A DNA stretch of 47,750 nt from Gaiellaceae bacterium. GTDB taxonomy: Bacteria; Actinomycetota; Thermoleophilia; Gaiellales; Gaiellaceae. Numbering within the stretch: position 1 is the first letter of the stretch; the number at the start of each line of letters is the position of its first letter. The stretch lies in NCBI GenBank assembly GCA_035514455.1, contig DATKBA010000046.1, forward strand, positions 1 through 47,750, in the 5' to 3' direction. A program made the translations under genes and the position numbers. Shown here piece by piece: positions 8,016 through 16,197 of the stretch. The notes beneath the pieces were generated by a model, which was not told the DNA's origin, ran no database searches, and was given only the letters and a program-made list of their open reading frames with translations.

Positions 8016-9275
8016 GTGGACGTCGTCGTCGTCGGGATCTTCCTCGCCGCCCTGATCGTGATCGCCTTCGAGTGGACGCACCGGACGAAGGTCGCGCTGC
8101 TCGGGGCCGCCGCCGTCGTCCTGCTCGGGATCATCGAGGAGCAGCAGGCGATCGAGGCGATCGACTGGAGCACGCTCGGCCTGCTCGTCGGGATGATGGT
8201 GATCGTCGGCCTGACCGAGCGGACGGGCGTCTTCACGTACCTCGCCCTGCGGGTCGCGCAGCTCTCCCGGGGCCGCCCGATGAGGCTCGTGTTCCTCCTC
8301 GCCGGCGTCACCGGCGTGATGTCGGCGTTCCTCGACAACCTGACCGCGATCCTGCTCGTCGTGCCGATCACGCTGCTGCTCGCCGACCTGCTCAAGGTCT
8401 CGCCGATCCCGCTCGTGCTCGTCGAGGTGATCGCGTCGAACATCGGCGGCACCGCGACCCTGATCGGCGACCCGCCGAACATTATGATCGGGACGGCCAA
8501 GCCGGAGCTCAGCTTCCTCGACTTCATCGTCAACCTCGCCCCCGTGGCGATCGTGACGCTGCTCGTCGTCACCACAGGGCTCGCGCTCGCCTTCCGGAAG
8601 CAGCTCGTGATCGAACCGGAGCGACGGCGCGAGGTCGACCGGCTCGACCCCGCGGCCGACATGCGCGGCGCGCCCTACGTGACGCGGTCGCTGCTCGTCC
8701 TGCTCGGGACGATCGTCGGCTTCTTCCTGCACGCGCCGCTGCACATCGAGCCCGCGGTGGTCGCGCTGACGGGGGCGACCGTGATGCTGCTCGTGGCCGC
8801 CGACGACGTCGAGAACGCGCTCGAGCGAGTCGAGTGGGCGACGATCTTCTTCTTCATCGGGCTCTTCGTGATGGTCGGCGGGCTCGAGGAGCGCGGCATC
8901 ATCGACCGCGTCGCCGAGGGCTTCGCCGACCTGACCGGCGGCTCGAGGTCGCTGGAGGCGCTCGTAATCCTCTGGGGCGCCGCGGCCGGCTCCGCGGTGG
9001 TCGACAACATCCCCTTCACGGCCGCCATGATCCCGGTCGTCGACTCGCTCCAGGGGGACGAGTTCGACGACGCGGCCTGGTGGGCGCTGGCCCTCGGCGC
9101 CTGCTTCGGCGGCAACGCGACGATCATCGCGGCCGCCGCGAACGTGGCCGCGAGCGGCGTGCTCGAACGGAGCGGCCAGCCAATCTCCTTCGTACGCTTC
9201 CTCCTGGTCGGGCTGCCCGTCACGGCAGTCTCCCTGGTGATCGCGACCGTGTATCTGATCCTCTTCCAGCTCTAA
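8016..9275 (+). CDS. ArsB/NhaD-superfamily anion permease (CitMHS/YbiR-like)
   Basis: 419 aa and polytopic, with [18 protein letters not shown] and a second repeat [14 protein letters not shown] typical of this fold. TAGGCT lies 6 nt before GTG 8016. Confidence 0.85.
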   Translation: MDVVVVGIFLAALIVIAFEWTHRTKVALLGAAAVVLLGIIEEQQAIEAIDWSTLGLLVGMMVIVGLTERTGVFTYLALRVAQLSRGRPMRLVFLLAGVTGVMSAFLDNLTAILLVVPITLLLADLLKVSPIPLVLVEVIASNIGGTATLIGDPPNIMIGTAKPELSFLDFIVNLAPVAIVTLLVVTTGLALAFRKQLVIEPERRREVDRLDPAADMRGAPYVTRSLLVLLGTIVGFFLHAPLHIEPAVVALTGATVMLLVAADDVENALERVEWATIFFFIGLFVMVGGLEERGIIDRVAEGFADLTGGSRSLEALVILWGAAAGSAVVDNIPFTAAMIPVVDSLQGDEFDDAAWWALALGACFGGNATIIAAAANVAASGVLERSGQPISFVRFLLVGLPVTAVSLVIATVYLILFQL

Positions 9276-9278
9276 CCG

Positions 9279-9728
9279 ATGAGCAGCCTCCACGACATCG
9301 AGCTGATCCCCGCCTCCGTCGACGTGTCCGCCACGTTCGACGACGCGGCGCGCGCGCTCGCCGAAAGCCGGTTGCCGGCGCTCGCCGTCCTCGACGAGGG
9401 CCACGTCGTCGGGCTCTTCACCGACGAGGAGCTCCTGCTCGGGGTCTCGCCGAAGTACCTCGACGAGCTGCGCCACACCGCGTTCCTCGAGTCGGAGCTG
9501 CCCTCGCTGCGGGAGCGCGCCGCGGCGGTGCGCTCCGAGCCCGTGCGCAAGCACATGCGCAAGCCGATCACGGTCGAGCTCGACAGCAGCTCCCTGCACG
9601 CGTCCGAGCGGTTCGTGCACTGCGACGAGGGCGCGATCGCGGTCGTCGACGACGACGGCCGCTTCGTGGGGATGCTCTCGAGGGCCGAGTTCGCGTACGC
9701 GATGCTGCGGCGCCTGACCGAGTCGTGA
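9279..9728 (+). CDS. CBS-domain pair protein
   Basis: Two CBS motifs (LPALAVLDEGHVVGLFTDEELL and GAIAVVDDDGRFVGMLSRAEF). Starts 4 nt after the permease stop. Confidence 0.85.
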   Translation: MSSLHDIELIPASVDVSATFDDAARALAESRLPALAVLDEGHVVGLFTDEELLLGVSPKYLDELRHTAFLESELPSLRERAAAVRSEPVRKHMRKPITVELDSSSLHASERFVHCDEGAIAVVDDDGRFVGMLSRAEFAYAMLRRLTES

Positions 9729-10924
9729 TCCTCGGCGCCGCGGCCGACGGCGCCGTCGCCGGCGCGCTCGTCGACCTGTTCGTCGTCCTGCTGGCGGCGA
9801 AGCTCGGCGACGAGGTCTTCAAGCGGCTCGGCCAGCCGACGATCGTCGGCGAGATCCTCGCCGGGATCGTGATCGGCTCGTCGGTGCTCGGGCTCGTCGA
9901 GCCGACCGAGACGCTGGAGGTCTTCGCCGAGCTGGGCGTCGTCTTCCTGCTCTTCTGGGTCGGGCTGGAGACGAAGATCTCCGAGCTGGCCGAGGTCGGG
10001 GCGGCGGCGGCGCTCGTCGGCGTGCTCGGCTTCCTGCTGCCGCTCGGCGGCGGGGTCGGGCTCGGCCTGGCGCTCGGCGAGCCGGCCGCGACGAGCATCT
10101 TCATCGGCGCCGCGCTCGTCGCCACCAGCGTGGGGATCACGTCGGCGGTGCTGATCGGGCTGGGCGCGCTGGAGACGAGGCCGGCGCGCGTGATCCTCGG
10201 CGCCGCCGTCGTCGACGACATCCTCGCGATGATCCTGCTCGCCGTCGCGGTCGGGCTCGCCGCCGAGGGAGGCATCGCGGCGACGGAGATCGTGGTCGTC
10301 CTCGCGCTGGCGCTCGGCTTCGTCGCCTTCTTCGGCCTGGGCGGCACGCGCCTGCTGCGCTCGCGCCCGCAGCTGCTCCAGCGGCCGCGCTTCTCCGAGT
10401 CGCCGCTCCTGCCCGCGGTGCTCCTCGCGCTCGGGCTCGCGGCGCTGGCCGCGGAGATCGGGCTCGCGGCGATCATCGGCGCGTTCCTCGCGGGGATGAT
10501 GGTCGCCGAGACGAAGGAGCAGCACCCGATCGAGGCGGAGGTGGAGCCGCTCTACGCGTTCTTCCCGCCCTTCTTCTTCGTCTTCATCGGCCTCCAGGTC
10601 GACCTGGGCGCGTTCGCGGACGCCGACACGCTGCTGCTCCTGGCAGGCGTGACGGCGCTCGCCGTGGCGACGAAGTTCGTGGGCGCGTGGCTCGGCGCAC
10701 GCACGCTCGGCGGCCGCGAGGCGGCGTTCGTCGGCGTCGGGATGGTCCCCCGCGGAGAGGTCGGGATCATCGTCGCCGGGATCGGCCGCACGACCGGCGT
10801 AATCGACACGGAGCTCTTCGTCGTGATCGTGGGGATGTCGATCCTGACGACGCTCGCCGTGCCGCCGCTGCTCCGCATGCTCGCGCCGGCGCCTCCGGTT
10901 CCGCCCGGACCCGCTCAGTCGTAG
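9725..10924 (+). CDS. Cation:proton antiporter (CPA2/Kef-type)
   Basis: GTG 9725 overlaps the CBS stop (GTGA). The product has KLGQPTIVGEILAGIVIGSSVLG and about 11 TM segments. It corresponds to the C-terminal 399 aa of the 1005-aa track ORF. Confidence 0.85.
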   Translation: MILGAAADGAVAGALVDLFVVLLAAKLGDEVFKRLGQPTIVGEILAGIVIGSSVLGLVEPTETLEVFAELGVVFLLFWVGLETKISELAEVGAAAALVGVLGFLLPLGGGVGLGLALGEPAATSIFIGAALVATSVGITSAVLIGLGALETRPARVILGAAVVDDILAMILLAVAVGLAAEGGIAATEIVVVLALALGFVAFFGLGGTRLLRSRPQLLQRPRFSESPLLPAVLLALGLAALAAEIGLAAIIGAFLAGMMVAETKEQHPIEAEVEPLYAFFPPFFFVFIGLQVDLGAFADADTLLLLAGVTALAVATKFVGAWLGARTLGGREAAFVGVGMVPRGEVGIIVAGIGRTTGVIDTELFVVIVGMSILTTLAVPPLLRMLAPAPPVPPGPAQS

Positions 10925-11769
10925 ACGTAGAAGCCGCGGCCGGACTTGCGGCCGAGGAGGCCGGCGTTGCGCATCGCGACGAGGCGGGGCGGCGGCGCCA
11001 TCCGCGCCTCGCGGGTCTTCTCGTAGAGCGCCTCTGACGCGTGCACGTGCACGTCGATCCCGACGAGGTCGACGAGCGCGCACGGCCCCATCGGCCAGCC
11101 GGCGCCGTTGCGCATCCCGGTGTCGAGGTCCTCGGGCGTGACGCGCGCTTCGTCGAGCACGCGGATGCAGTCGTTCAGGAGCGGGATCAGGACGCGGTTG
11201 ACGACGAAGCCGGGCGTATCGTGGCAGCGGATCGGCGTCTTCCCGATCCGCTCGCCGAAGGCGTACGCCGTCTCGAACGGCTCGTCGGCGGTGAGCTCGG
11301 CGCGCACGATCTCGACGAGCGGCATCAGCGGCGCCGGGTTGAAGAAGTGCATCCCGACGACTCGCTCCGGCCGAGCCGTGGCCGACGCGATCTCCGTCAC
11401 GGAGAGCGCCGAGGTGTTGGTCGCGAGCACGGTGTCGGGGCGGCAGATCCGGTCGAGCTCCGCGAAGAGCTCCTGCTTGGGAGCGAGCTCCTCGACGATC
11501 GCCTCGATCACGAGGTCGCAGTCCGCGAACGCGTCCAGCTCGGTGGTGAAGGTCAGGCGGCCGACCGCCTCGTCGCGCGCGGCCTGCTCGAGCTGCCCTT
11601 TCTCGACCTTGCGGGTGAGGAAGTGGCCGATCCGGTCGCGGGCCTGCTCGCCGAGCTCGGCCGTCACCTCCCGGCCGACCGTGTCCACGCCGGCCTCGAT
11701 GCAGAGCTGCGCGATCCCGGCGCCCATCGCGCCAAGGCCGACCACTCCGACTCTTCTCACCTCCGCCAC
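10915..11769 (-). CDS. hbd: 3-hydroxyacyl/3-hydroxybutyryl-CoA dehydrogenase
   Basis: Rossmann motif VGVVGLGAMGAGIA, then NTSALSVTEIA, HFFNPAPLMPLVEIV and GFVVNR. The start is GTG 11769 or 11760, just after the thiolase stop. The rest of the 1536-aa track ORF is shadow. Confidence 0.9.
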   Translation of the reverse strand: MAEVRRVGVVGLGAMGAGIAQLCIEAGVDTVGREVTAELGEQARDRIGHFLTRKVEKGQLEQAARDEAVGRLTFTTELDAFADCDLVIEAIVEELAPKQELFAELDRICRPDTVLATNTSALSVTEIASATARPERVVGMHFFNPAPLMPLVEIVRAELTADEPFETAYAFGERIGKTPIRCHDTPGFVVNRVLIPLLNDCIRVLDEARVTPEDLDTGMRNGAGWPMGPCALVDLVGIDVHVHASEALYEKTREARMAPPPRLVAMRNAGLLGRKSGRGFYVYD

Positions 11770-11780
11770 GGCGCGCGATG

Positions 11781-12929
11781 CTACACGCGCTCGACGACGG
11801 CCGCGATCGCCTGGCCGAAGCCGATGCACATGCAGGCGACGCCGTAGCGCGCGTCGCGGCGCTCGAGCTCGTTCAGGAGCGTCGCCGTGACGCGGGCGCC
11901 GGTGGCGCCGAGCGGGTGGCCGAGCGAGATGCCACCGCCGTTCGGGTTGATGTCGGCGAAGCGGTCCTCGAGGCCGGCGTCGTGCGCGAACTGGAGCACG
12001 ACCGAGGCGAACGCCTCGTTGACCTCGATCACGGCGACGTCGTCCCAGGTCAGGCCCGCCTTGGCGAGCGCCTTCCGGCACGCCTCGGGGTTGCCGTGCA
12101 GCATCCGGTACGGGTCGACGCCGGCGAGCCCGAAGGAGACGAAGCGCGCCCGCGGCTCGAGCCCGAGCCTCGACGCGGCCGCCTCGCTCGTCACGAGCAC
12201 GGCGGCGGCGCCGTCGACGATCTGGCTCGAGTTCCCGGCCGTGACGACGCCGTCGGGGAGGAAAGCCGGCTGGAGCGACGCGAGCTTCTCGGCGGAGGTG
12301 TCCGGGCGCGGCGCCTCGTCGACCGCGAACAGCACGGCGGCCCCGGCGGCACTCACCTCGACGGGAACGATCTCGTTCTCGAAGCGGCCCTCGTCGATCG
12401 CGGCGATCGCCCGCCGGTGCGACTCGAGCGAGTACGCGTCGAGTGCCTCGCGCGACAGCTTCCACTCGGAGGCGAGCGCCTCGGCGGAGATCCCCTGCGG
12501 AACGATCTGCCAGCGCTCGTGCAGCTTGTCGGAGAGGTCGCCGCCGTTCGACCCCATCGGCACGCGCGACATCATCTCGACGCCCGCCGAGACGACGACG
12601 TCGAGCTGCCCCGCCCAGACCGCGGCGGCGGCGTTGAAGTTCGTCTGCATCGAGGAGCCGCACTGGCGGTCGACGGTCGTGCCACACACGGTCTCGGGCC
12701 AGCCGGCCACCATCGGCGCCATCCGGCCGATGTTCCAGCCCTGCTCGCCGATCTGCGTCACGCAGCCCATCTGGATGTCCTCGACCTCCGCCGGATCGAG
12801 GTCGTGCCGGGCTGTGAGGCCGTTCAGGACCTGGGCCGCGAGCTCGTCGCCGCGCGTGCCCGCGAGCGAGCCGTTCCGGCGCCCGATCGGGCTGCGGACG
12901 GCGTCGACGATCAGGGCATCCGAGCGCAC
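11781..12929 (-). CDS. Acetyl-CoA acetyltransferase (thiolase)
   Basis: 382 aa with the active-site Cys context VDRQCGSSMQ and C-terminal motifs NPNGGGISLGHPLGATG and CIGFGQ. Confidence 0.93.
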   Translation of the reverse strand: MRSDALIVDAVRSPIGRRNGSLAGTRGDELAAQVLNGLTARHDLDPAEVEDIQMGCVTQIGEQGWNIGRMAPMVAGWPETVCGTTVDRQCGSSMQTNFNAAAAVWAGQLDVVVSAGVEMMSRVPMGSNGGDLSDKLHERWQIVPQGISAEALASEWKLSREALDAYSLESHRRAIAAIDEGRFENEIVPVEVSAAGAAVLFAVDEAPRPDTSAEKLASLQPAFLPDGVVTAGNSSQIVDGAAAVLVTSEAAASRLGLEPRARFVSFGLAGVDPYRMLHGNPEACRKALAKAGLTWDDVAVIEVNEAFASVVLQFAHDAGLEDRFADINPNGGGISLGHPLGATGARVTATLLNELERRDARYGVACMCIGFGQAIAAVVERV

Positions 12930-12951
12930 ACCCGGAGCATAGACTCACGGC

Positions 12952-14379
12952 GTGGCCACGACGGCGCCTGAGAGGAAGCTGTTGCTCGCCGGCGACTGGA
13001 TCGAGACCGGCGACTGGCTCGAGGTGCGCTCGCCGTACTCCGGAGACGTGGTCGGGCGGGTCGCGAAGGCGGGCGCGGCCGAGGCCCGGCGCGCCGTCGA
13101 CGCCGCCGAGGCGGCAATGAGCGAGCCGCTGCCCGCGCACGAGCGCGCCGCGATCCTCGACCGCGTCGCGGCGCTGCTGGAGGCGCGGCACGAGGACGCG
13201 GCGCAGCTGATCTCGGCCGAGGCGGGCAAGCCGCTGAAGGCCGCGCGCGTCGAGGCCGCGCGGGCCGTCTCGACGTTCACGTTCGCCGCGGTGGAGGCCC
13301 GAAAGCTCGTCGGCGAGACCGTGCCGATGGACGCCTCGCAGGCGGGCAACGGCAAGCTCGCATTCACCCTGCGGCGGCCGATCGGCGTCGTCGGCGCGAT
13401 CTCGCCCTTCAACTTCCCGCTCAACCTGGTCGCCCACAAGCTCGCGCCGGCGCTCGCGGCGGGCTGCGCGGTCGTGCTCAAGCCCGCTTCGCAGACGCCG
13501 TTCTCGGCGCTGCTGCTCGCGGAGCTGATGACGGAGGCGGGTCTCCCTCCCGGCTGGCTGAACGTGCTCGTCGGCCCGGCCGCGGCCATCGGCGACGTGC
13601 TCGTCGAGGACGAGCGCGTGCGCGCGCTGACGTTCACCGGCTCCGGCGAGGTGGGCTGGAAGCTCGCCGAGCGCGCGCCGCGCAAGCGCGTCAAGCTCGA
13701 GCTCGGCAACGCGACGCCCGTGCTCGTCGAGGCCGACGCCGACCTGGAGGACGTGGCGGCCAGGCTGGCGGCGAACGCCTTCGCCTTCGCCGGCCAGAGC
13801 TGCATCTCGGTGCAGCGGATCTACGTGCGGCGGGAGGCCTACGACGAGCTCGTCTCCCGCTTCGTGCCGAAGGTCGAGGCGCTCGTCGTCGGCGACCCGG
13901 CGGATGAGTCCACGGACGTCGGGCCGATGATCGACCGCGACGCACGCGACCGGGTGCTCGCCTGGATCGAGGAGGCACGCGCCGCCGGGGCGGAGATCCT
14001 CACCGGCGGGGAGCTCGAGGGCGAGCTGCTGCCCCCGACCGTGATCGCGGGCGCAGGCCCCGAGCTGAAGATCTCGTGCGAGGAGGTCTTCGGGCCCGTG
14101 TGCACCGTGACCCCGTACGACACGCTCGACGAGGCGATCGAGCTCGCGAACGGCACGCGCTACGGGCTCCAGGCGGGGATCTTCACGCGCGACGTGAAGA
14201 CCGCGCTGACCGCCGCCGAGCGGCTGGAGTTCGGCGGCGTGACGGTGAACGAGGCACCGACGTTCCGGGCCGACCAGATGCCGTACGGCGGCGTCAAGGA
14301 CTCCGGGAACACGCGCGAGGGCCCCGCCTACGCCGTGCGCGAGCTGACCGAGGACCGTCTCGTCGTCTTCGAGCTCTAG
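12952..14379 (+). CDS. NAD(P)-dependent aldehyde dehydrogenase
   Basis: KLELGNATPVLV (catalytic Glu) and FAFAGQSCISVQR (catalytic Cys). TAGACT (12940-12945) lies 6 nt before GTG 12952. Confidence 0.93.
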   Translation: MATTAPERKLLLAGDWIETGDWLEVRSPYSGDVVGRVAKAGAAEARRAVDAAEAAMSEPLPAHERAAILDRVAALLEARHEDAAQLISAEAGKPLKAARVEAARAVSTFTFAAVEARKLVGETVPMDASQAGNGKLAFTLRRPIGVVGAISPFNFPLNLVAHKLAPALAAGCAVVLKPASQTPFSALLLAELMTEAGLPPGWLNVLVGPAAAIGDVLVEDERVRALTFTGSGEVGWKLAERAPRKRVKLELGNATPVLVEADADLEDVAARLAANAFAFAGQSCISVQRIYVRREAYDELVSRFVPKVEALVVGDPADESTDVGPMIDRDARDRVLAWIEEARAAGAEILTGGELEGELLPPTVIAGAGPELKISCEEVFGPVCTVTPYDTLDEAIELANGTRYGLQAGIFTRDVKTALTAAERLEFGGVTVNEAPTFRADQMPYGGVKDSGNTREGPAYAVRELTEDRLVVFEL

Positions 14380-14440
14380 TGTCCGCACGGGCGCGGTCGG
14401 CACGGAATAGCCCGCCGAGGCCGCAAGTAGACTCGCGCCC

Positions 14441-14833
14441 GTGGTGCGCCTTCCGCCCCTCGAGCGACTCCTGCGCCGCGATCCCGCACGCCCGCGTCGC
14501 CGGCCCGCCCCGCCCGCGAGCGAGCTGCGGCGCGAGCGGCGCGCACTGCTGCGGCTGCGCGAGCAGAAGCTGCGCGACCTCGGCGGGCTCTCCCTCGAGA
14601 TGTACCGCCGCGACCGCTTCCGCGAGGACCTGCTGCTCGAGCGCTGCGCCGAGCTGATCGGGCTCGAGGCGAGGATCCACGAGCTCGACGTACTGCTCGG
14701 CACGGCGCGGCGCGCGGCGGGCGTCCCGAAGACCGCCCGCTGCGAGTGCGGCGCCCCACTCCTCTGGGGCTCGCGCTTCTGCGCCACCTGCGGGCGCCCG
14801 GTCGCCGCGGCGGCCCCGGGAGGCGCGCCATGA
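14441..14833 (+). CDS. Hypothetical coiled-coil protein with C-terminal zinc ribbon
   Basis: C-terminal CECGAPLLWGSRFCATCG (CxC...CxxC). TAGACT (14428-14433) lies 7 nt before GTG 14441. The stop overlaps the next start (ATGA). Confidence 0.55.
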   Translation: MVRLPPLERLLRRDPARPRRRPAPPASELRRERRALLRLREQKLRDLGGLSLEMYRRDRFREDLLLERCAELIGLEARIHELDVLLGTARRAAGVPKTARCECGAPLLWGSRFCATCGRPVAAAAPGGAP

Positions 14834-15492
14834 GCTGCCCGCGCTGCGGCGCTCCCGTTCAGGCCGGCCAGGAGTACTGCCTCGAGTGCGGCGTCCGGCT
14901 CGAGCACGACCCGCCCGGCCCCGTCGACCGGGCCGCGGCGACGGTCGCGGAGCGGCACGCCTGGGCGGGGACGTGGCTCGTCCCGGCCCTGCTCGGCCTC
15001 GTCATCGCCGTGCTCGGGACCGGCGCCGCGATCGCGATCTCCGGGAGTGGCGAGGAGGCGGACGCCGTCTCGACCGCGACCGGCGGGAGCCTGACGGTGA
15101 CGGAGGAGACGCCGACGCTGACGGCGCCCGAGCCGGAACCGACGACGGCCGCGACGACGACGGCCGCACCACCCACGACGACGGCGCCGCCCCCGCCGCC
15201 GGTGAACCCGGCCGCGGTGACGTGGCCGCGCGACCGGCGGGGCTGGACGATCGTGCTCCTCTCGCTGCCGCAGGCCAACGGCCGCGCGGCGGCGGCGGAG
15301 CAGGCGACGCGCGCCCGCACGGGCGGGCTCCGCCAGGTCGGCGTGCTCGACTCGTCCCGTTACGCGAGCCTCCACCCCGACTACTACGTCGTCTTCCAGG
15401 GCGTCTACGACAGCGAGCCGGAGGCCTCGAGCGCGCTCCAGCGGGCCCGGACAATCTTCCGCTCCGCCTATCCGCGCGAGATCGTCCCGTAG
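14830..15492 (+). CDS. Membrane protein: N-terminal zinc ribbon, TM, Pro/Thr linker, C-terminal SPOR-like domain
   Basis: MSCPRCGAPVQAGQEYCLECG, then a TM (WLVPALLGLVIAVLGTGAAIAI), then TTAATTTAAPPTTTAPPPPP, then GWTIVLLSLPQANGRAAAEQ...YYVVFQGVYDSEPEASSAL, which resembles a SPOR fold. Confidence 0.7.
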   Translation: MSCPRCGAPVQAGQEYCLECGVRLEHDPPGPVDRAAATVAERHAWAGTWLVPALLGLVIAVLGTGAAIAISGSGEEADAVSTATGGSLTVTEETPTLTAPEPEPTTAATTTAAPPTTTAPPPPPVNPAAVTWPRDRRGWTIVLLSLPQANGRAAAAEQATRARTGGLRQVGVLDSSRYASLHPDYYVVFQGVYDSEPEASSALQRARTIFRSAYPREIVP

Positions 15493-15590
15493 CCGAGGTG
15501 TAGCGAGCCCGGCGACGGGGCACACGCGGACGAAGCGACCTCACCGGAGGCCGATGGTGTTTGCTTTACGGAAAACTTATGTAAGCGACT

Positions 15591-15619
15591 TTGTAACAGC
15601 ACCGGGCTGCCCGTATACT
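15591..15619 (+). promoter_or_regulatory. Sigma-70-type promoter TTGTAA-N17-TATACT
   Basis: The -35-like TTGTAA (15591-15596) and -10-like TATACT (15614-15619) have a 17-nt spacer. They lie in the AT-richest intergenic stretch of the window, about 60 nt upstream of ATG 15682, which has an AGGGAG Shine-Dalgarno. Confidence 0.5.
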
Positions 15620-15681
15620 TGGCGCCGACCACTTCGCCGACACCGTGTTTTCGGCCTGACTGCGGGACAGAACAGGGAGCG

Positions 15682-16143
15682 ATGACCGTCCACATGGAAG
15701 CCCAGCTCGCGCAATTGCAAACGTGCATGTATCAGTACTCGCGGGCGATCTATCGCTCGATCAAGGACCTGATCGACCCGTATGCCGATCCGGCGGTGCA
15801 GCTCGAGTCGCGCCGGGCGGTGCTCGAGCAGTGCGAGCAGACGATGGAGAGGCTCGCCGCCGACCCGCACTACTTCGCGAAGCCCGACCGCGCGCTCTTC
15901 CAGGACATCCGCCGCTTCTTCCCGATCACCGCGCAGGCCCAGGTCGCCTGGGCCGTCAAGGAGGGGGTCGGCGCGGCTGTGGGCTTCATCGAGGAGCAGC
16001 TCGAGGCGGGCGCGCTCGACGGCGGGGTGGCCCGCTGTCGGGCGACGACGCGCAAGGGCAAGCCGTGCCAGCGCACGCCGCTGCCGGAGCGCGACTACTG
16101 CCCGTCGCACCAGCACCTCGAGCGCTCGCTCGCGGCGGCCTGA
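15682..16143 (+). CDS. Hypothetical protein with C-terminal Cys3-His cluster
   Basis: ATG 15682 is preceded by a Shine-Dalgarno, and the composition is coding-like. The C-terminus CRATTRKGKPCQRTPLPERDYCPSH looks like a small zinc-binding, basic nucleic-acid-binding knuckle. The gene lies immediately upstream of pafBC. Confidence 0.6.
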   Translation: MTVHMEAQLAQLQTCMYQYSRAIYRSIKDLIDPYADPAVQLESRRAVLEQCEQTMERLAADPHYFAKPDRALFQDIRRFFPITAQAQVAWAVKEGVGAAVGFIEEQLEAGALDGGVARCRATTRKGKPCQRTPLPERDYCPSHQHLERSLAAA

Positions 16144-16197
16144 CTCCCTGAGCGCGCGGCGCCCGCCGGGCCGAGCCCGCGGTAGAGTCGGGCGCTG

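Noticed and set aside
7347-10924. Very long track ORFs 7347..9620 (minus, 757 aa) and 7907..10924 (plus, 1005 aa)
   Set aside because: Most of their length is Arg/Asp/Gly/Pro-rich low-complexity sequence, typical of out-of-frame or antisense reading of GC-rich genes. Only the last 178 aa of the first (secreted protein) and the last 399 aa of the second (CPA2 antiporter) look like real proteins. The permease and CBS genes occupy the region in other frames.
10915-15525. 1536-aa minus-strand ORF
   Set aside because: Only the C-terminal ~285 aa (3-hydroxyacyl-CoA dehydrogenase) are protein-like. The remainder is an Arg/Gly-rich antisense shadow of the thiolase-frame, aldehyde dehydrogenase and zinc-ribbon genes.
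15591-15619. PafBC-dependent RecA-NDp-type promoter (TGTC..gtg-N8-TAnnnT) upstream of the gene preceding pafBC
   Set aside because: TTGTAA is followed by a 17-nt spacer to TATACT, which is ordinary sigma-70 spacing. The RecA-NDp motif places the TGTC element only about 11 nt from the -10 box. No TGTC element is present at that distance here or upstream of pafBC itself.
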